A stretch of 64,000 nt of DNA from an uncultured bacterium (GCA_965541585.1 CBEUCH010000008.1:1-64000); one strand, 5' to 3'; shown: positions 1-9,539, numbered from the stretch's first letter. Notes: generated by a model not told the origin, from the letters alone. Program-made: numbers and translations.

Positions 1-346
<346 letters not shown>

Positions 347-435
347 AAAAATTTCGATGAAACCTTTATTCCCGAAGAGCGGCAGCATTCTATCAGGTTG
401 TTAAAGAGCATTGTTCTTTGCCATCAGAAAATTTT

Positions 436-553
436 TCCCGGTCGCAATGGCGTGGGGGAAATACCCGTTCCCATTCCGAACACGGCAGTCAAGCCCCACA
501 GCGCCGATGGTACTGCCCCCTGGCAGGGGTGGGAGAGTAGGACGTCGCCGGGA
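436..553 (+). rRNA. rrf: 5S rRNA
   Basis: CCCGTTCCCATTCCGAACACGGCAGTCAAGCC, GCCGATGGTACT, GGGAGAGTAGG; terminal stem TCCCGG/CCGGGA; ~118 nt. Confidence 0.98.
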
Positions 554-560
554 TTATATT

Positions 561-594
561 AAAAGCCTCCTGAGAAATCAGGGGGCTTTTTTTG
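561..594 (+). terminator. rrn operon intrinsic terminator
   Basis: AAAAGCCTCCTGA-GAAA-TCAGGGGGCTTTT followed by a T-run, directly after 5S. Confidence 0.9.
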
Positions 595-672
595 TTGCGG
601 ACACCTAAATCGGTATTTATATTAATCATTACAATATGCAGATTATCCCACAGGTAGCTGTGGGTTACCGGG

Positions 673-1647
673 TTGAACCATATGCTAAAACATGTTCGAA
701 CAGATGCACAAAAAAAGACCTATCAGGAAGCGGATGAAAGAGATTTACAATTATTTTTTGATGACAGGAGAATAAATGCAAAAAAGTTGCCCCGACTCAA
801 GGGGTCGAAATCGGCCGATTTCGAATTATCATTTGATTCTATCAAGGTGATAGTTGAACTGAAAAGTCGCTTTGACGATAATTCTTATAATAAATTGCTA
901 GATTATATACAAAAGGAATTAGAATCTATTAACGTGGGTTATGATTGTTCTATTCAACTCGATTACCGGCGTAGAATGAACCCCCTTAGTTCTAATAAAT
1001 GGAAATCAATAAAGCAGGAATTTGTTGCGAAAATAGAATCTTTGGGAAAATATACTGACTTACCAATAGAATTTTCATTTTGCCTAACAGATGATATCAA
1101 ATCCAGCAAAAATGAAATTGAACAACTAAAATACGGGCTGGAAAACAACTTAACAATTACGGTAGAAAATAAAAACGGATCCGACTCCTTACGATTCGTC
1201 TCTGTAGCCGGATCAAGTGCGGTTTACGATCCTAAATGGATATGCGACCGCATAGAAGAAGCGGCTTCTCAATTGAAAATGCATGATCCAAATATTCCTA
1301 AAGGTGTGTTTTTTATAAATACGACACCCCATCGTTGGGGTTATGAAGAGCAACTGAGCCCATTCTTCATGCCAACTTGCTTTGTTGATTTGGCCAGCAA
1401 CAATAAAGATATTATTGTAAATAGAATTGAGCAGGAAAATATTTTGAGATCCGATAATCTAAGGATCATTAGTTTTTACGGGTTCTTATACAGGACGGGT
1501 GGCGAAATAACTAGAATTGACCTATTTATTAATTGCCACGCTGATATCCAGTTACGCTCTGATATTATTAGAAAATTCAAAAGCTATGCGCATTGGATCA
1601 CACCTCGAAATCGCCAGAAAATATCGCTGGTTATCCGTGAGTTATAA
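673..1647 (+). CDS. AT-rich hypothetical protein with PD-(D/E)xK nuclease-like motif
   Basis: 324-aa ORF; motif SADFELS...VIVELKSRF resembles (P)D...ExK; visibly more AT-rich than the core genes. Confidence 0.6.
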   Translation: MNHMLKHVRTDAQKKTYQEADERDLQLFFDDRRINAKKLPRLKGSKSADFELSFDSIKVIVELKSRFDDNSYNKLLDYIQKELESINVGYDCSIQLDYRRRMNPLSSNKWKSIKQEFVAKIESLGKYTDLPIEFSFCLTDDIKSSKNEIEQLKYGLENNLTITVENKNGSDSLRFVSVAGSSAVYDPKWICDRIEEAASQLKMHDPNIPKGVFFINTTPHRWGYEEQLSPFFMPTCFVDLASNNKDIIVNRIEQENILRSDNLRIISFYGFLYRTGGEITRIDLFINCHADIQLRSDIIRKFKSYAHWITPRNRQKISLVIREL

Positions 1648-1657
1648 CAATAATAAG

Positions 1658-1876
1658 TTGTGTAGGAGTACCGGACTCCTGCCAACGGATGCCAGGTCTT
1701 TTCAAGACCTGCCCTATAGATTCTGGATTCCTGCTTTCGCAGGAATGACATGCTTGGTTTTTTTGCGCTGTGATCGATATTGTCATGCCGGACTTGATCC
1801 GGCATCCATCAAATATAACTCTGGTGACAGCCCGTAGGTCGGGAGCCCTGCGCTCCCGACAGCAAGATGCTGGATT
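1658..1876. repeat. Cluster of REP-like palindromes (BIME-like)
   Basis: Hairpins GTTG(T)GTAGGAGT/ACTCCTGCCAAC and AGGTCTT/AAGACCT; TGGATTCCTGC-TTTC-GCAGGAATGACA with its inverted partner TGTCATGCCGGA-CTTGA-TCCGGCATCCA; GTAGGTCGGGAGC-CCTGC-GCTCCCGAC. Confidence 0.85.
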
Positions 1877-1920
1877 GATCAGGCTTGCATGATCTCGTTT
1901 CATCCGTTATATAAGGCTCG

Positions 1921-2451
1921 ATGAAGAAATCGAAATCTGTTATTCCGGTCAGTTCAATTGAAAGCAAGATATATTCCATTCGCGGGCATCGTGTCATGCT
2001 CGACAGCGATCTGGCGCAGCTTTACGGTGTAACCACCAAAAGGCTGAATGAGCAGGTAAAGCGGAATTCGGACCGTTTTCCCTCCGATTTTATGTTCAGG
2101 CTCAATGTGGAGGAATTGGAATTTTTGAGGTCGCAAAATGCGACCTCAAGTAATCGCCACGGTGGAAAACGTTATCCGCCATACGTTTTCACTGAACACG
2201 GGGCTATAATGTTGGCCAGCGTTCTAAACTCCAAAAGGGCAATCGATGCCAGCATATTCGTTGTCAGGGCATTTGTCAGGATGCGGGAGATCTTGTCGGT
2301 GCATAAAGAGTTTGCCCGTAAACTCTCGGAGTTGGAACGCCGGGTAGGTGGCCACGACGATGATCTTAAGACGCTGATAACAACAATAAAGAAGCTCATT
2401 CAATCGTCAGCGCCTTCAAAAAGACAGATAGGATTCAAAAAGGTGAAGTAG
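1921..2451 (+). CDS. ORF6N domain DNA-binding protein
   Basis: IRGHRVMLDSDLAQLYGV...LNEQVKRN..RFP.DFMF.L, PYVFTEHGAIMLASVLNS, C-terminal IGF. Confidence 0.93.
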   Translation: MKKSKSVIPVSSIESKIYSIRGHRVMLDSDLAQLYGVTTKRLNEQVKRNSDRFPSDFMFRLNVEELEFLRSQNATSSNRHGGKRYPPYVFTEHGAIMLASVLNSKRAIDASIFVVRAFVRMREILSVHKEFARKLSELERRVGGHDDDLKTLITTIKKLIQSSAPSKRQIGFKKVK

Positions 2452-2460
2452 GGCAGCCAG

Positions 2461-2520
2461 CAGGTCGGGAGCCCTGCGCTCCCGACGAAGAGATTCTGGA
2501 TTCCGGATCAGGTCCGGAAT
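2461..2520 (+). repeat. Composite REP-like element copy
   Basis: AGGTCGGGAGCCCTGCGCTCCCGAC identical to 1836-1860, then CTGGATTCCGGA-TCAGG-TCCGGAAT hairpin. Confidence 0.88.
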
Positions 2521-2625
2521 CCCTTGTTTTTGACCTTGAATCCGTCGCGGGTCGTGAAATCTTGGATACCGGATTATTATACTTGCCGGATTGGCAGGTA
2601 GATGATAAAATAATCGGCGATAAAA

Positions 2626-4188
2626 ATGAACGATTTCAAACCCTCCAGGATCTCGCAATCATTTAGGGCGGCTCTGCTCCCGATTTCTATAATCTATATC
2701 GCTTTGTTCATGTATGTCGCCATCTCTCGCATTGGTTATCCATTTGAGCTGAACTGGATGGAAGGCGGGCAATTGGACGTGGTGGAGAGGATACTGGATG
2801 GAAAGCCCATCTATACCGAACCGTCAATGGAGTATGTGCCGTTTATTTATACGCCTTTGTACTACCTTTTGGCGGCGTTTATCTCCAGTTTGATGGGTCC
2901 CGGTTTTATGGCGTTAAGGTTGGTTTCCGTCATTTCAACGTTATTCTGCATTATACTCATATATCTATTTGTCAAGCACGATACGAAAAGCAACTTTTTA
3001 GGCGCTGTCTCGGCCGGTTTATTCGCCGCCTTATATAAGGTCGGCGGCAACTGGATGGATATCGGGAGACACGACTCATTGAACCTGTTCATCTTATTAT
3101 CGGCGCTGTTCATTATTAGATTTTATAGAAGCAGCAAATCATACCTGATAGCGGGAATACTCCTTTTTCTGGCGTTCTTTACCCAGCAATCCTCCGTCAT
3201 TTTAATAATTTTTATTCTGGGATATGGTATAATATATAACAGGAAATCGATATTGCCGATTATGCTGTCCACGGTTGTCCTGATAGTCGGAAGCACACTT
3301 ATAATGGATAAGTTTTATCACAACTGGTATTCGTATTTCGTAGTTGAATTACCCTTGAATCGTGAAATATCAACATCAAATATTATCCTCTTCTGGACCG
3401 AGGGACTATTCAGGACATGCATGGTGCCATTAGGGTTTATCATCTATCATCTCTATTCGAATTTCAAGTCTGCGAGAAGACAACCAGGATGGAGTTTTAA
3501 TCTTTTCGCAGGCGCCGGAATGATATCAATGGCGTGGTTTCTGCAAGTTCACTCGGGAAGTTTGGCAAACGCGCTTATGCCGGCTTACGCCATAATAACT
3601 ATATTATTCGGAATCAGCCTGAATGACATATTAAAAAGACTTAAGAGTAAACCGGATTTAGATCAGAGTAAGCTGCTGGATATTGTGTATTTATTAGTTA
3701 TCCTGCAATTTATCACGCTCGTTTACGATCCCCGGCATTTGATTCCGTCAAGGGCGGACAGGGCCGCCGGGGAAGAATTTATTGAAAGCATAAGTAAGGT
3801 GGACGGGGACATATTTATTCCCGCTCACGGTTATCTGGCGGCGAGAGCGGGCAAAAAGCAGTACGCCCACGAGATGGCGATCTATGACGTTTATAGAAGC
3901 AATGACGATGAAGCCAGCTTGAAACTAAAAGAGGAAATTAAAGAGGCGTTTGGCAACAGGGATTTCGCGGCGGTTATCTATGACGACCTTTATTCCCCGT
4001 TTGGAAATTTCGATTCAGATAGCAATTACGCATTTGCAAAGCATATGTTTCTTAATGGCAATGACTTTTTCCCTGTTTCGGGGACGCAAATAAGACCGCA
4101 ATATTTCTTTGGTTTGAAACCTCTCCCCATGGATGATCTTCCGGTATTTGAGATGATCGGCCCGATGCCCCTCGATACCGAAGAATAA
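2626..4188 (+). CDS. ArnT/GT-C-like polytopic membrane glycosyltransferase
   Basis: Many hydrophobic segments; YPFELNWMEG, YTPLYY and R.DS motifs typical of PMT/ArnT-like proteins. Confidence 0.75.
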   Translation: MNDFKPSRISQSFRAALLPISIIYIALFMYVAISRIGYPFELNWMEGGQLDVVERILDGKPIYTEPSMEYVPFIYTPLYYLLAAFISSLMGPGFMALRLVSVISTLFCIILIYLFVKHDTKSNFLGAVSAGLFAALYKVGGNWMDIGRHDSLNLFILLSALFIIRFYRSSKSYLIAGILLFLAFFTQQSSVILIIFILGYGIIYNRKSILPIMLSTVVLIVGSTLIMDKFYHNWYSYFVVELPLNREISTSNIILFWTEGLFRTCMVPLGFIIYHLYSNFKSARRQPGWSFNLFAGAGMISMAWFLQVHSGSLANALMPAYAIITILFGISLNDILKRLKSKPDLDQSKLLDIVYLLVILQFITLVYDPRHLIPSRADRAAGEEFIESISKVDGDIFIPAHGYLAARAGKKQYAHEMAIYDVYRSNDDEASLKLKEEIKEAFGNRDFAAVIYDDLYSPFGNFDSDSNYAFAKHMFLNGNDFFPVSGTQIRPQYFFGLKPLPMDDLPVFEMIGPMPLDTEE

Positions 4189-4206
4189 TTATTGCCAATA
4201 TCAAAG

Positions 4207-4308
4207 CCGTAGGTCGTGAGCCCTGAGCTCCCGAAAGCAAGATGCTGGATTCCCGATCAGGTCCATACGGCCTACGGCCCGTAGGGATCCGTAGGATCGG
4301 GTATGACA
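4207..4308 (+). repeat. Composite REP-like element with nested hairpin
   Basis: GTAGGTCGTGAGCCCTGAGCTCCCGA + AGCAAGATGCTGGATTCCCGATC + inner CCTACGGCCCGTAGG + GATCGGGTATGACA. Confidence 0.88.
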
Positions 4309-4352
4309 GTATTTGCAGGTCGGATTGCGAATTCCCGGGCGTAAGAAAGGAA

Positions 4353-4380
4353 TTGACAAAATAAAGAGTGGTCTTAGATT
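4353..4380 (+). promoter_or_regulatory. Putative sigma70 promoter
   Basis: TTGACA-N16-TAGATT upstream of the 4464 CDS. Confidence 0.5.
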
Positions 4381-4463
4381 TGAATAGAGACGGTTATGAA
4401 TTTGGAGTGAGTTTGGATTTGAATAGAGACAGGGATGCCGGGCAGGTTTAAAAGCCCTTTCAA

Positions 4464-5975
4464 ATGCCTACATCGATTTTTTCCCGCCGAATTCTTTTAA
4501 GCAATACTGCAATCCTTATATATCTGGCGCTTATCAAACTGGCCCTGCATTTCATTACAAATGGTCAATACGGCTATAACAGGGATGAGCTCTATTATAT
4601 TGCCTGCAGTGAACATCTTGATTTCGGCTATGTCGATCATCCACCCCTGATAGCCCTCGTAGCAAAAATAACCATCTGGATTCTAGGCGATTCCCTTTTT
4701 GCTATCCGTTTTTTACCTGCGTTGATCGGGGCATCTATGGTCTTCCTCACAGGTTTGATGGTTCGCCGGCTCGGTGGAGGTCTTTTCGCCCAGTGTCTCG
4801 CCTGCATCGCTCTTTTAATCGCTCCCACATATCTGATATTGAATACATTATTTACGACAAACGTCTTCGATCAGCTCTTCTGGGTGGTCTGCTTCTATCT
4901 CATATTTTTGCTTTTGAAAAGAAATGATCCGCGCTACTGGTTGGCGATAGGATTGGTTGTGGGTCTGGGCTTGATGAACAAACATACCATGATTTTCTTT
5001 ATAGCCGGTCTTTTAACGGGATTGATTCTTACGCCTAATCGCAAGTTTTTTCTCAACGAATGGCTGTGGTCAGGAGCGCTTATTGCTCTGGTAATATTTC
5101 TGCCGCATATCGTATGGCAGATTAATCACGGCTGGCCGACACTGGAGTTTCTTCAAAGGGCAGTCATTAATAGAATGGCGGAGGTTTCTCCCCTGGAATT
5201 TTTTTACAAGCAGATCATTTCTTTTCATCCCCTGACGTTTCCTATCTGGTTGATCGGTCTTTACTATTATCTTTTTTCCAGCAAAGCGAAGCGCTACCGG
5301 CTGCTGGGCTGGATATATGTTTCGGTATTTGTTATCCTTGCTGTCCAGAAATCGAGAGGCTATTATCTGGCGCCGGCTTATCCGATGCTGTTTGCGTCAG
5401 GGGCATTTACTATAGAGAAATTCATTCGACAACAAAGCTGGAATTGGCTGAAACCGGCAATCCTGATTATCCTGATCACAGGCGGCGCCATACTAGCTCC
5501 CCTTGGTTTGCCCCTGCTTTCGGTTGATGCGGCGGCCGAATACGGTGCCTATCTCGGATTGGGACTTCGCCCGGTTTACGAAGATATGCTTGGATGGGAA
5601 AATATGGTCGCTACAGTTGCCGGTGTCTATCATAGCCTTCCAGCCGAGGAAAAGGCAAAGTGCGCAATTATGGCGAATAATTATGGACAAGCCTCGGCCA
5701 TTGATTTTTTCGGCGATAGATATGGTCTGCCCGGAGCGTTAAGCACCCATAACAGCTACTGGCTCTGGGGTCCGGGGGATTATTCCGGAGAAATTGTCAT
5801 CACGGTAGGCGTTCGATTCGAAAGTCTGAAGCAGGGTTTTGATGAGGTCGAGCAGGCGGCCGTGGTCACCCATGAATATGTAATGTGGTATGAGACCAAT
5901 CAGCCTGTCTATATATGGCGAGGCCCGAAAATCTCGTTGCAGGAGATGTGGCCCAGGATAAAACTATTTTATTAG
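4464..5975 (+). CDS. Glycosyltransferase family 39 (PMT_2/ArnT-like) protein
   Basis: YGYNRDELYY, GYVDHPPL, GLMNKHT, NYGQA.A, HNSYWLWG; multiple TM helices. Confidence 0.9.
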   Translation: MPTSIFSRRILLSNTAILIYLALIKLALHFITNGQYGYNRDELYYIACSEHLDFGYVDHPPLIALVAKITIWILGDSLFAIRFLPALIGASMVFLTGLMVRRLGGGLFAQCLACIALLIAPTYLILNTLFTTNVFDQLFWVVCFYLIFLLLKRNDPRYWLAIGLVVGLGLMNKHTMIFFIAGLLTGLILTPNRKFFLNEWLWSGALIALVIFLPHIVWQINHGWPTLEFLQRAVINRMAEVSPLEFFYKQIISFHPLTFPIWLIGLYYYLFSSKAKRYRLLGWIYVSVFVILAVQKSRGYYLAPAYPMLFASGAFTIEKFIRQQSWNWLKPAILIILITGGAILAPLGLPLLSVDAAAEYGAYLGLGLRPVYEDMLGWENMVATVAGVYHSLPAEEKAKCAIMANNYGQASAIDFFGDRYGLPGALSTHNSYWLWGPGDYSGEIVITVGVRFESLKQGFDEVEQAAVVTHEYVMWYETNQPVYIWRGPKISLQEMWPRIKLFY

Positions 5976-6062
5976 AATTTATATTGTCAGCAATTGTCGC
6001 TCGGGTTCCTGTACTGCTCGTATGACCGAATGAAATGAGAAAAACTGGAAAACTCGGTCATT

Positions 6063-6128
6063 GTCGGGTTTTTCTCCCGCTTTGCGGGATCAGAACCGAC
6101 CTACATAACTGTCCCGCCTGCGGCGGGA
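6063..6128 (-). repeat. Inverted GTAG-type REP with nested TCCCGC/GCGGGA hairpins
   Basis: Reverse complement begins GTAGGTCGG...CCGAC; inner TCCCGC-TTT-GCGGGA; adjacent TCCCGCC-TGC-GGCGGGA. Confidence 0.7.
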
Positions 6129-6208
6129 TTGGCGCCGGGGGATATACGCCAACCATAAGAAACAACTCCCTTGAAAAGCTGTATAAAATATCCTAATATT
6201 AAAGAAAA

Positions 6209-7097
6209 ATGAGATTCACCTGGGGAGAATGCCATTAAAGGGATCATTCAGATAGGGACAGCGCTTGCAGGAACAAGCTATAGTCTTGTTATAGCAGTAA
6301 TATTCTGGCAGTCACGGCTGGCAGGCGGATTAAACAGATCGGTCATTATTGCTCTTATTGTGCTGAGTCTCGGAGGGTTTTCATGTATCATTCTTGGTCG
6401 AATGTTTGATTCCGCCTTTTGGCGTCTGCTGCCGTGGATTGTCTGCGGGGGTTTGGTGGCCGTAATGTTTATCGGTGTGATGTCGATCGGACCGTACGTA
6501 ATTCCGGCAATCTTCGCTTTTGCCCTGGTCGCGATCCTTGGCAGTACATGGAACCTGCCATTCGCGTTATATAATCTGGGTGCCATGACAGTCTCCGCTA
6601 TTGTGTTCTTCGCTCTGTTGCTTATTCATATAACTCATGTTGGTGTTGAATGGGTAGACCTGCCGGCCGAGTCAAAAGTTTTGCGGCAATTCCCAGAAGT
6701 AGATTACTCCGATGCTTTTCGTGTGATGATAGTTGGGAAACAACATGAAATTGAAATCGTTGCCAGAGCGCTTTTGGCATCTATGTCTCCCGGCTGGACA
6801 GGCTCTCATTTAAAGGGCAAGCTGGAATCTGTCGCATTCGAAGAGGGACCATTGTTGTCCGGGTGGGAAGTATTTTCTAAAAATACAGATGAAATTATCA
6901 TCGGGTTGAACCGTAGCCATATAGACCTTCGCATCTCGATATTTTTAAAAAATGATAATGGAAATCAGTTGATTACAGCATCGACCATTGCTCGCTATAA
7001 TAATTGGATCGGGCTTGTATATTTTCTTCCGGTAAGGTTTGGGCATCAGATCGTGCTGGCCGATACCATGCGAAAAGTTAAGCATTCTCTTCAATAG
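6209..7097 (+). CDS. Membrane protein with C-terminal DUF2867-like domain; apparent frameshift near the 5' end
   Basis: C-terminal VDYSDAF...EIIIG...HIDLRIS...NWIGLVYFLPVRFGH. The frame of ORF 6360..7097 is open back to 6213; the ATG at 6209 joins it only if one G of the G-run at 6222-6225 is removed. Confidence 0.65.
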
Positions 7098-7124
7098 TGT
7101 TTTTATCGGGCGGGGCGGCTCGAG

Positions 7125-7228
7125 CCGGTAGTTCGGGAGCTCCGCGTTCCCGACAAAAAGATGCTGGATTCCCGATCAGGTCCATACGGCCTACGGCCCG
7201 TAGGGAACTGTAGGATCGGGAATGGCAG
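7125..7228 (+). repeat. Composite REP-like element with nested hairpin
   Basis: Near copy of 4207-4308; shares GATGCTGGATTCCCGATCAGGTCCATACGGCCTACGGCCCGTAGGGA. Confidence 0.88.
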
Positions 7229-7309
7229 CGTGGCCTGCGTGTTTGTCTGGGGCAACTTTCCTCCTCGCTTTCCGTAACATAAGCGAGTAAGGTTTTTGAG
7301 GAAGACGTT

Positions 7310-8326
7310 ATGACTGTATCCGATCTCGAACATTTCAAGAGTCTGCTGATCGAGCGGGAGCATAATTTAGCCTCATGGCTGGATTCCTCCGCCTCAGTAA
7401 AGCAAGACGATATGGGCAAGGTGCGATCGCTTCTGGGCGAGATCAAGGAGGCGCTCGGACGTGTTGAAAACAAGAATTTTGGGGAATGCAAGGTTTGTAA
7501 AGGTGAGATGGAGCATCATCGGCTGGAGGTGCAGCCCGCAACTGAAGTATGCCTGGATTGTATAAGTAAACAGGAACAAACGCAGTTGGAAGAGGAACTG
7601 TTTTTAGCCAGCAAGATACATCGGGCGCTCCTGCCGCAGTCAGTGGAACAGGTTGAGGGATTTGAGGTTAAGGCGATGTCCCTGGCCGCCCGGACAGTGG
7701 GTGGCGACTACTACGATTTTCTCCCATCGGCTAACGGGAAATCTATGCGCGTTGTCATTGCTGATGTTATGGGTAAAGGGCTGCCGGCCGGACTTCTGAT
7801 GTCCAATGTGCAGGGAGCTCTGCGGATTCTATCCGAGGAAATCGAATCGCCGGGTTTACTTTTAGCTCGCCTGAATAAGTGGCTCTGCCACAATGTGCCG
7901 GTGACGAAATTTATTTCCCTGGCATGCATTTCACTGGATCCCCACTCCGGCCAGGAAGCGGGTGTCACCTATACTAACGCCGGGCACTGTCCCCCGATTC
8001 TTGTTCGAGGAAACGGTACCGTCGAAAACCTGGAGCCCACAGGCGGAGTGCTCGGTGTCCACGAAGATTTCACGTACGAGGAGCGAAGTCTTACAATGGC
8101 TCCCGGAGATCTTATGTTGCTTTATACCGACGGCGTTACCGAGGCTGAAAATCAGCAGGGTGAAATGTTCGAGGAAGAACGATTGACGGAATATATCAAA
8201 AGCCGGAGCGGTCATTCGCTCGAAATCATTCTGGACGGCCTTCTGAGCAATGTCCGCAATTTCTCCGGGAAAAAAGAGCTGGGTGATGATCTTACTGTTA
8301 TAGCCCTTCGTAAAACGAAATCTTAG
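7310..8326 (+). CDS. DksA/TraR-type C4 zinc finger fused to SpoIIE/PP2C phosphatase
   Basis: FGECKVC...RLEVQP.TEVCLDC; PP2C motifs VGGDYYD, IADVMGKG, NAGH, LYTDGVTEA, DDLT. Confidence 0.9.
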   Translation: MTVSDLEHFKSLLIEREHNLASWLDSSASVKQDDMGKVRSLLGEIKEALGRVENKNFGECKVCKGEMEHHRLEVQPATEVCLDCISKQEQTQLEEELFLASKIHRALLPQSVEQVEGFEVKAMSLAARTVGGDYYDFLPSANGKSMRVVIADVMGKGLPAGLLMSNVQGALRILSEEIESPGLLLARLNKWLCHNVPVTKFISLACISLDPHSGQEAGVTYTNAGHCPPILVRGNGTVENLEPTGGVLGVHEDFTYEERSLTMAPGDLMLLYTDGVTEAENQQGEMFEEERLTEYIKSRSGHSLEIILDGLLSNVRNFSGKKELGDDLTVIALRKTKS

Positions 8327-8500
8327 TCTGCTTTCGGCGATCGTAGTCATCCGCCCAAAATAAACATCTACTCTGGACTATACTTACCAGTCTATCCTCA
8401 AAAAAATATATTTAACCCGGAAACCATTCCGGCGCATATTACGTTGAATACAATGATTATGATATTCAAAACCGGAAATAATCTGCAAAGGAGCAGCATC

Positions 8501-8932
8501 ATGAAGAAAACTTTAGGCATCGTTCTGGCATTAACACTCGTTTTCGCCGTTTCATTGGCTTACGCCTGTGGCGAGAAAAGATCATCGGCAGATGCCACGA
8601 AGGCTGGCGCAGAATTAACGACGTCATCCAAACAGTCCTGTGCTTCCAGGGCGGACGTCACTGCAGCTGTAGCCAAAGGGGATCAGGCGAAAATTTACAA
8701 CTTGAATGCCTCGAAAACTTGTGCGACAAAAACTCAAAAGGCATCGGTTAAGAATGCTGATGCTAAGGGCCAGTACTGTCCGGCATCCCTTTCCTGCCCT
8801 ACGCCGTGCGTCAAGCAGCCAGGAGAAGCTGAGTTCAAGAAGTCCTCGGTTTCCACGGATTCCAAGGCCGATCTGAATAAGATGGCGTCGACATCGGATA
8901 AGGTTGCGCCGGATGCAAGCACCCTCAAATAA
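8501..8932 (+). CDS. Secreted Cys/Ala/Lys-rich hypothetical protein
   Basis: RBS AAGGAG; signal peptide MKKTLGIVLALTLVFAVSLAYA; scattered Cys incl. YCPASLSCPTPC. Confidence 0.75.
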   Translation: MKKTLGIVLALTLVFAVSLAYACGEKRSSADATKAGAELTTSSKQSCASRADVTAAVAKGDQAKIYNLNASKTCATKTQKASVKNADAKGQYCPASLSCPTPCVKQPGEAEFKKSSVSTDSKADLNKMASTSDKVAPDASTLK

Positions 8933-9023
8933 TAAGGTTTTGAGGGAACCAAAATTGAAAAGACAATTGACCTGAAATCGAAGTAGTTTTGAAACTTTTG
9001 AAAAATCAGTTACAGAGGAGACG

Positions 9024-9503
9024 ATGATGAAAATATCTGTCATTATTCTTTCGGCGTTATTCCTGGTCGCGGGATCGCAGGCATCGGATGAAGAGGCCTG
9101 GTTAGACATGGACAATTGCGCCATTTGTAAACCGCTTCTGGAGCAGGATCCCCATCTTATGGATCACATGACCTGGAAGCATCACAACATCTCGGACGGC
9201 CTGGTATCGGTTACCGTAATCGATCCGGAGTACCAATCTTCGTATGAGAAGGCCGGCGAGAAGATGAACGGCGTCATCGAACGGATGCAGGCCGGCGAGG
9301 AGACCTATACCTGTAATATGTGCACCGAATTGGGCGCTATTTTCCAGGCGGGTGTCAACAGGGAATCGGTTAAATCGGATAATGTCAGGGTTGCGATCAC
9401 GACCTCAGACAATCCGACAATGGTCAAAAGGATACAGACCTGGGGAGCTCGCACCAACAAGGAGATGCTGGCCGCGATGGAGATGGAGAAGGCAAGCAGA
9501 TAA
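9024..9503 (+). CDS. Secreted Met/Cys-rich hypothetical protein with two CxxC motifs
   Basis: RBS GAGGAG; signal peptide; CAIC and CNMC; HLMDHMTWKHH. Confidence 0.8.
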   Translation: MMKISVIILSALFLVAGSQASDEEAWLDMDNCAICKPLLEQDPHLMDHMTWKHHNISDGLVSVTVIDPEYQSSYEKAGEKMNGVIERMQAGEETYTCNMCTELGAIFQAGVNRESVKSDNVRVAITTSDNPTMVKRIQTWGARTNKEMLAAMEMEKASR

Positions 9504-9539
9504 TAGCATAGTAGAGATCAGCAACCATCCATGGACATG

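Noticed and set aside
1517..1997. Short ORFs across the palindrome cluster (similar ones at 4052-4240 and 7078-7491)
   Set aside because: They are translations of repeat DNA or antisense to real genes.
1640..7230. Classical integron (attC array) or CRISPR array
   Set aside because: No intI or cas gene; no convincing RYYYAAC...GTTRRRY boundaries; repeats are separated by whole genes, not short spacers.
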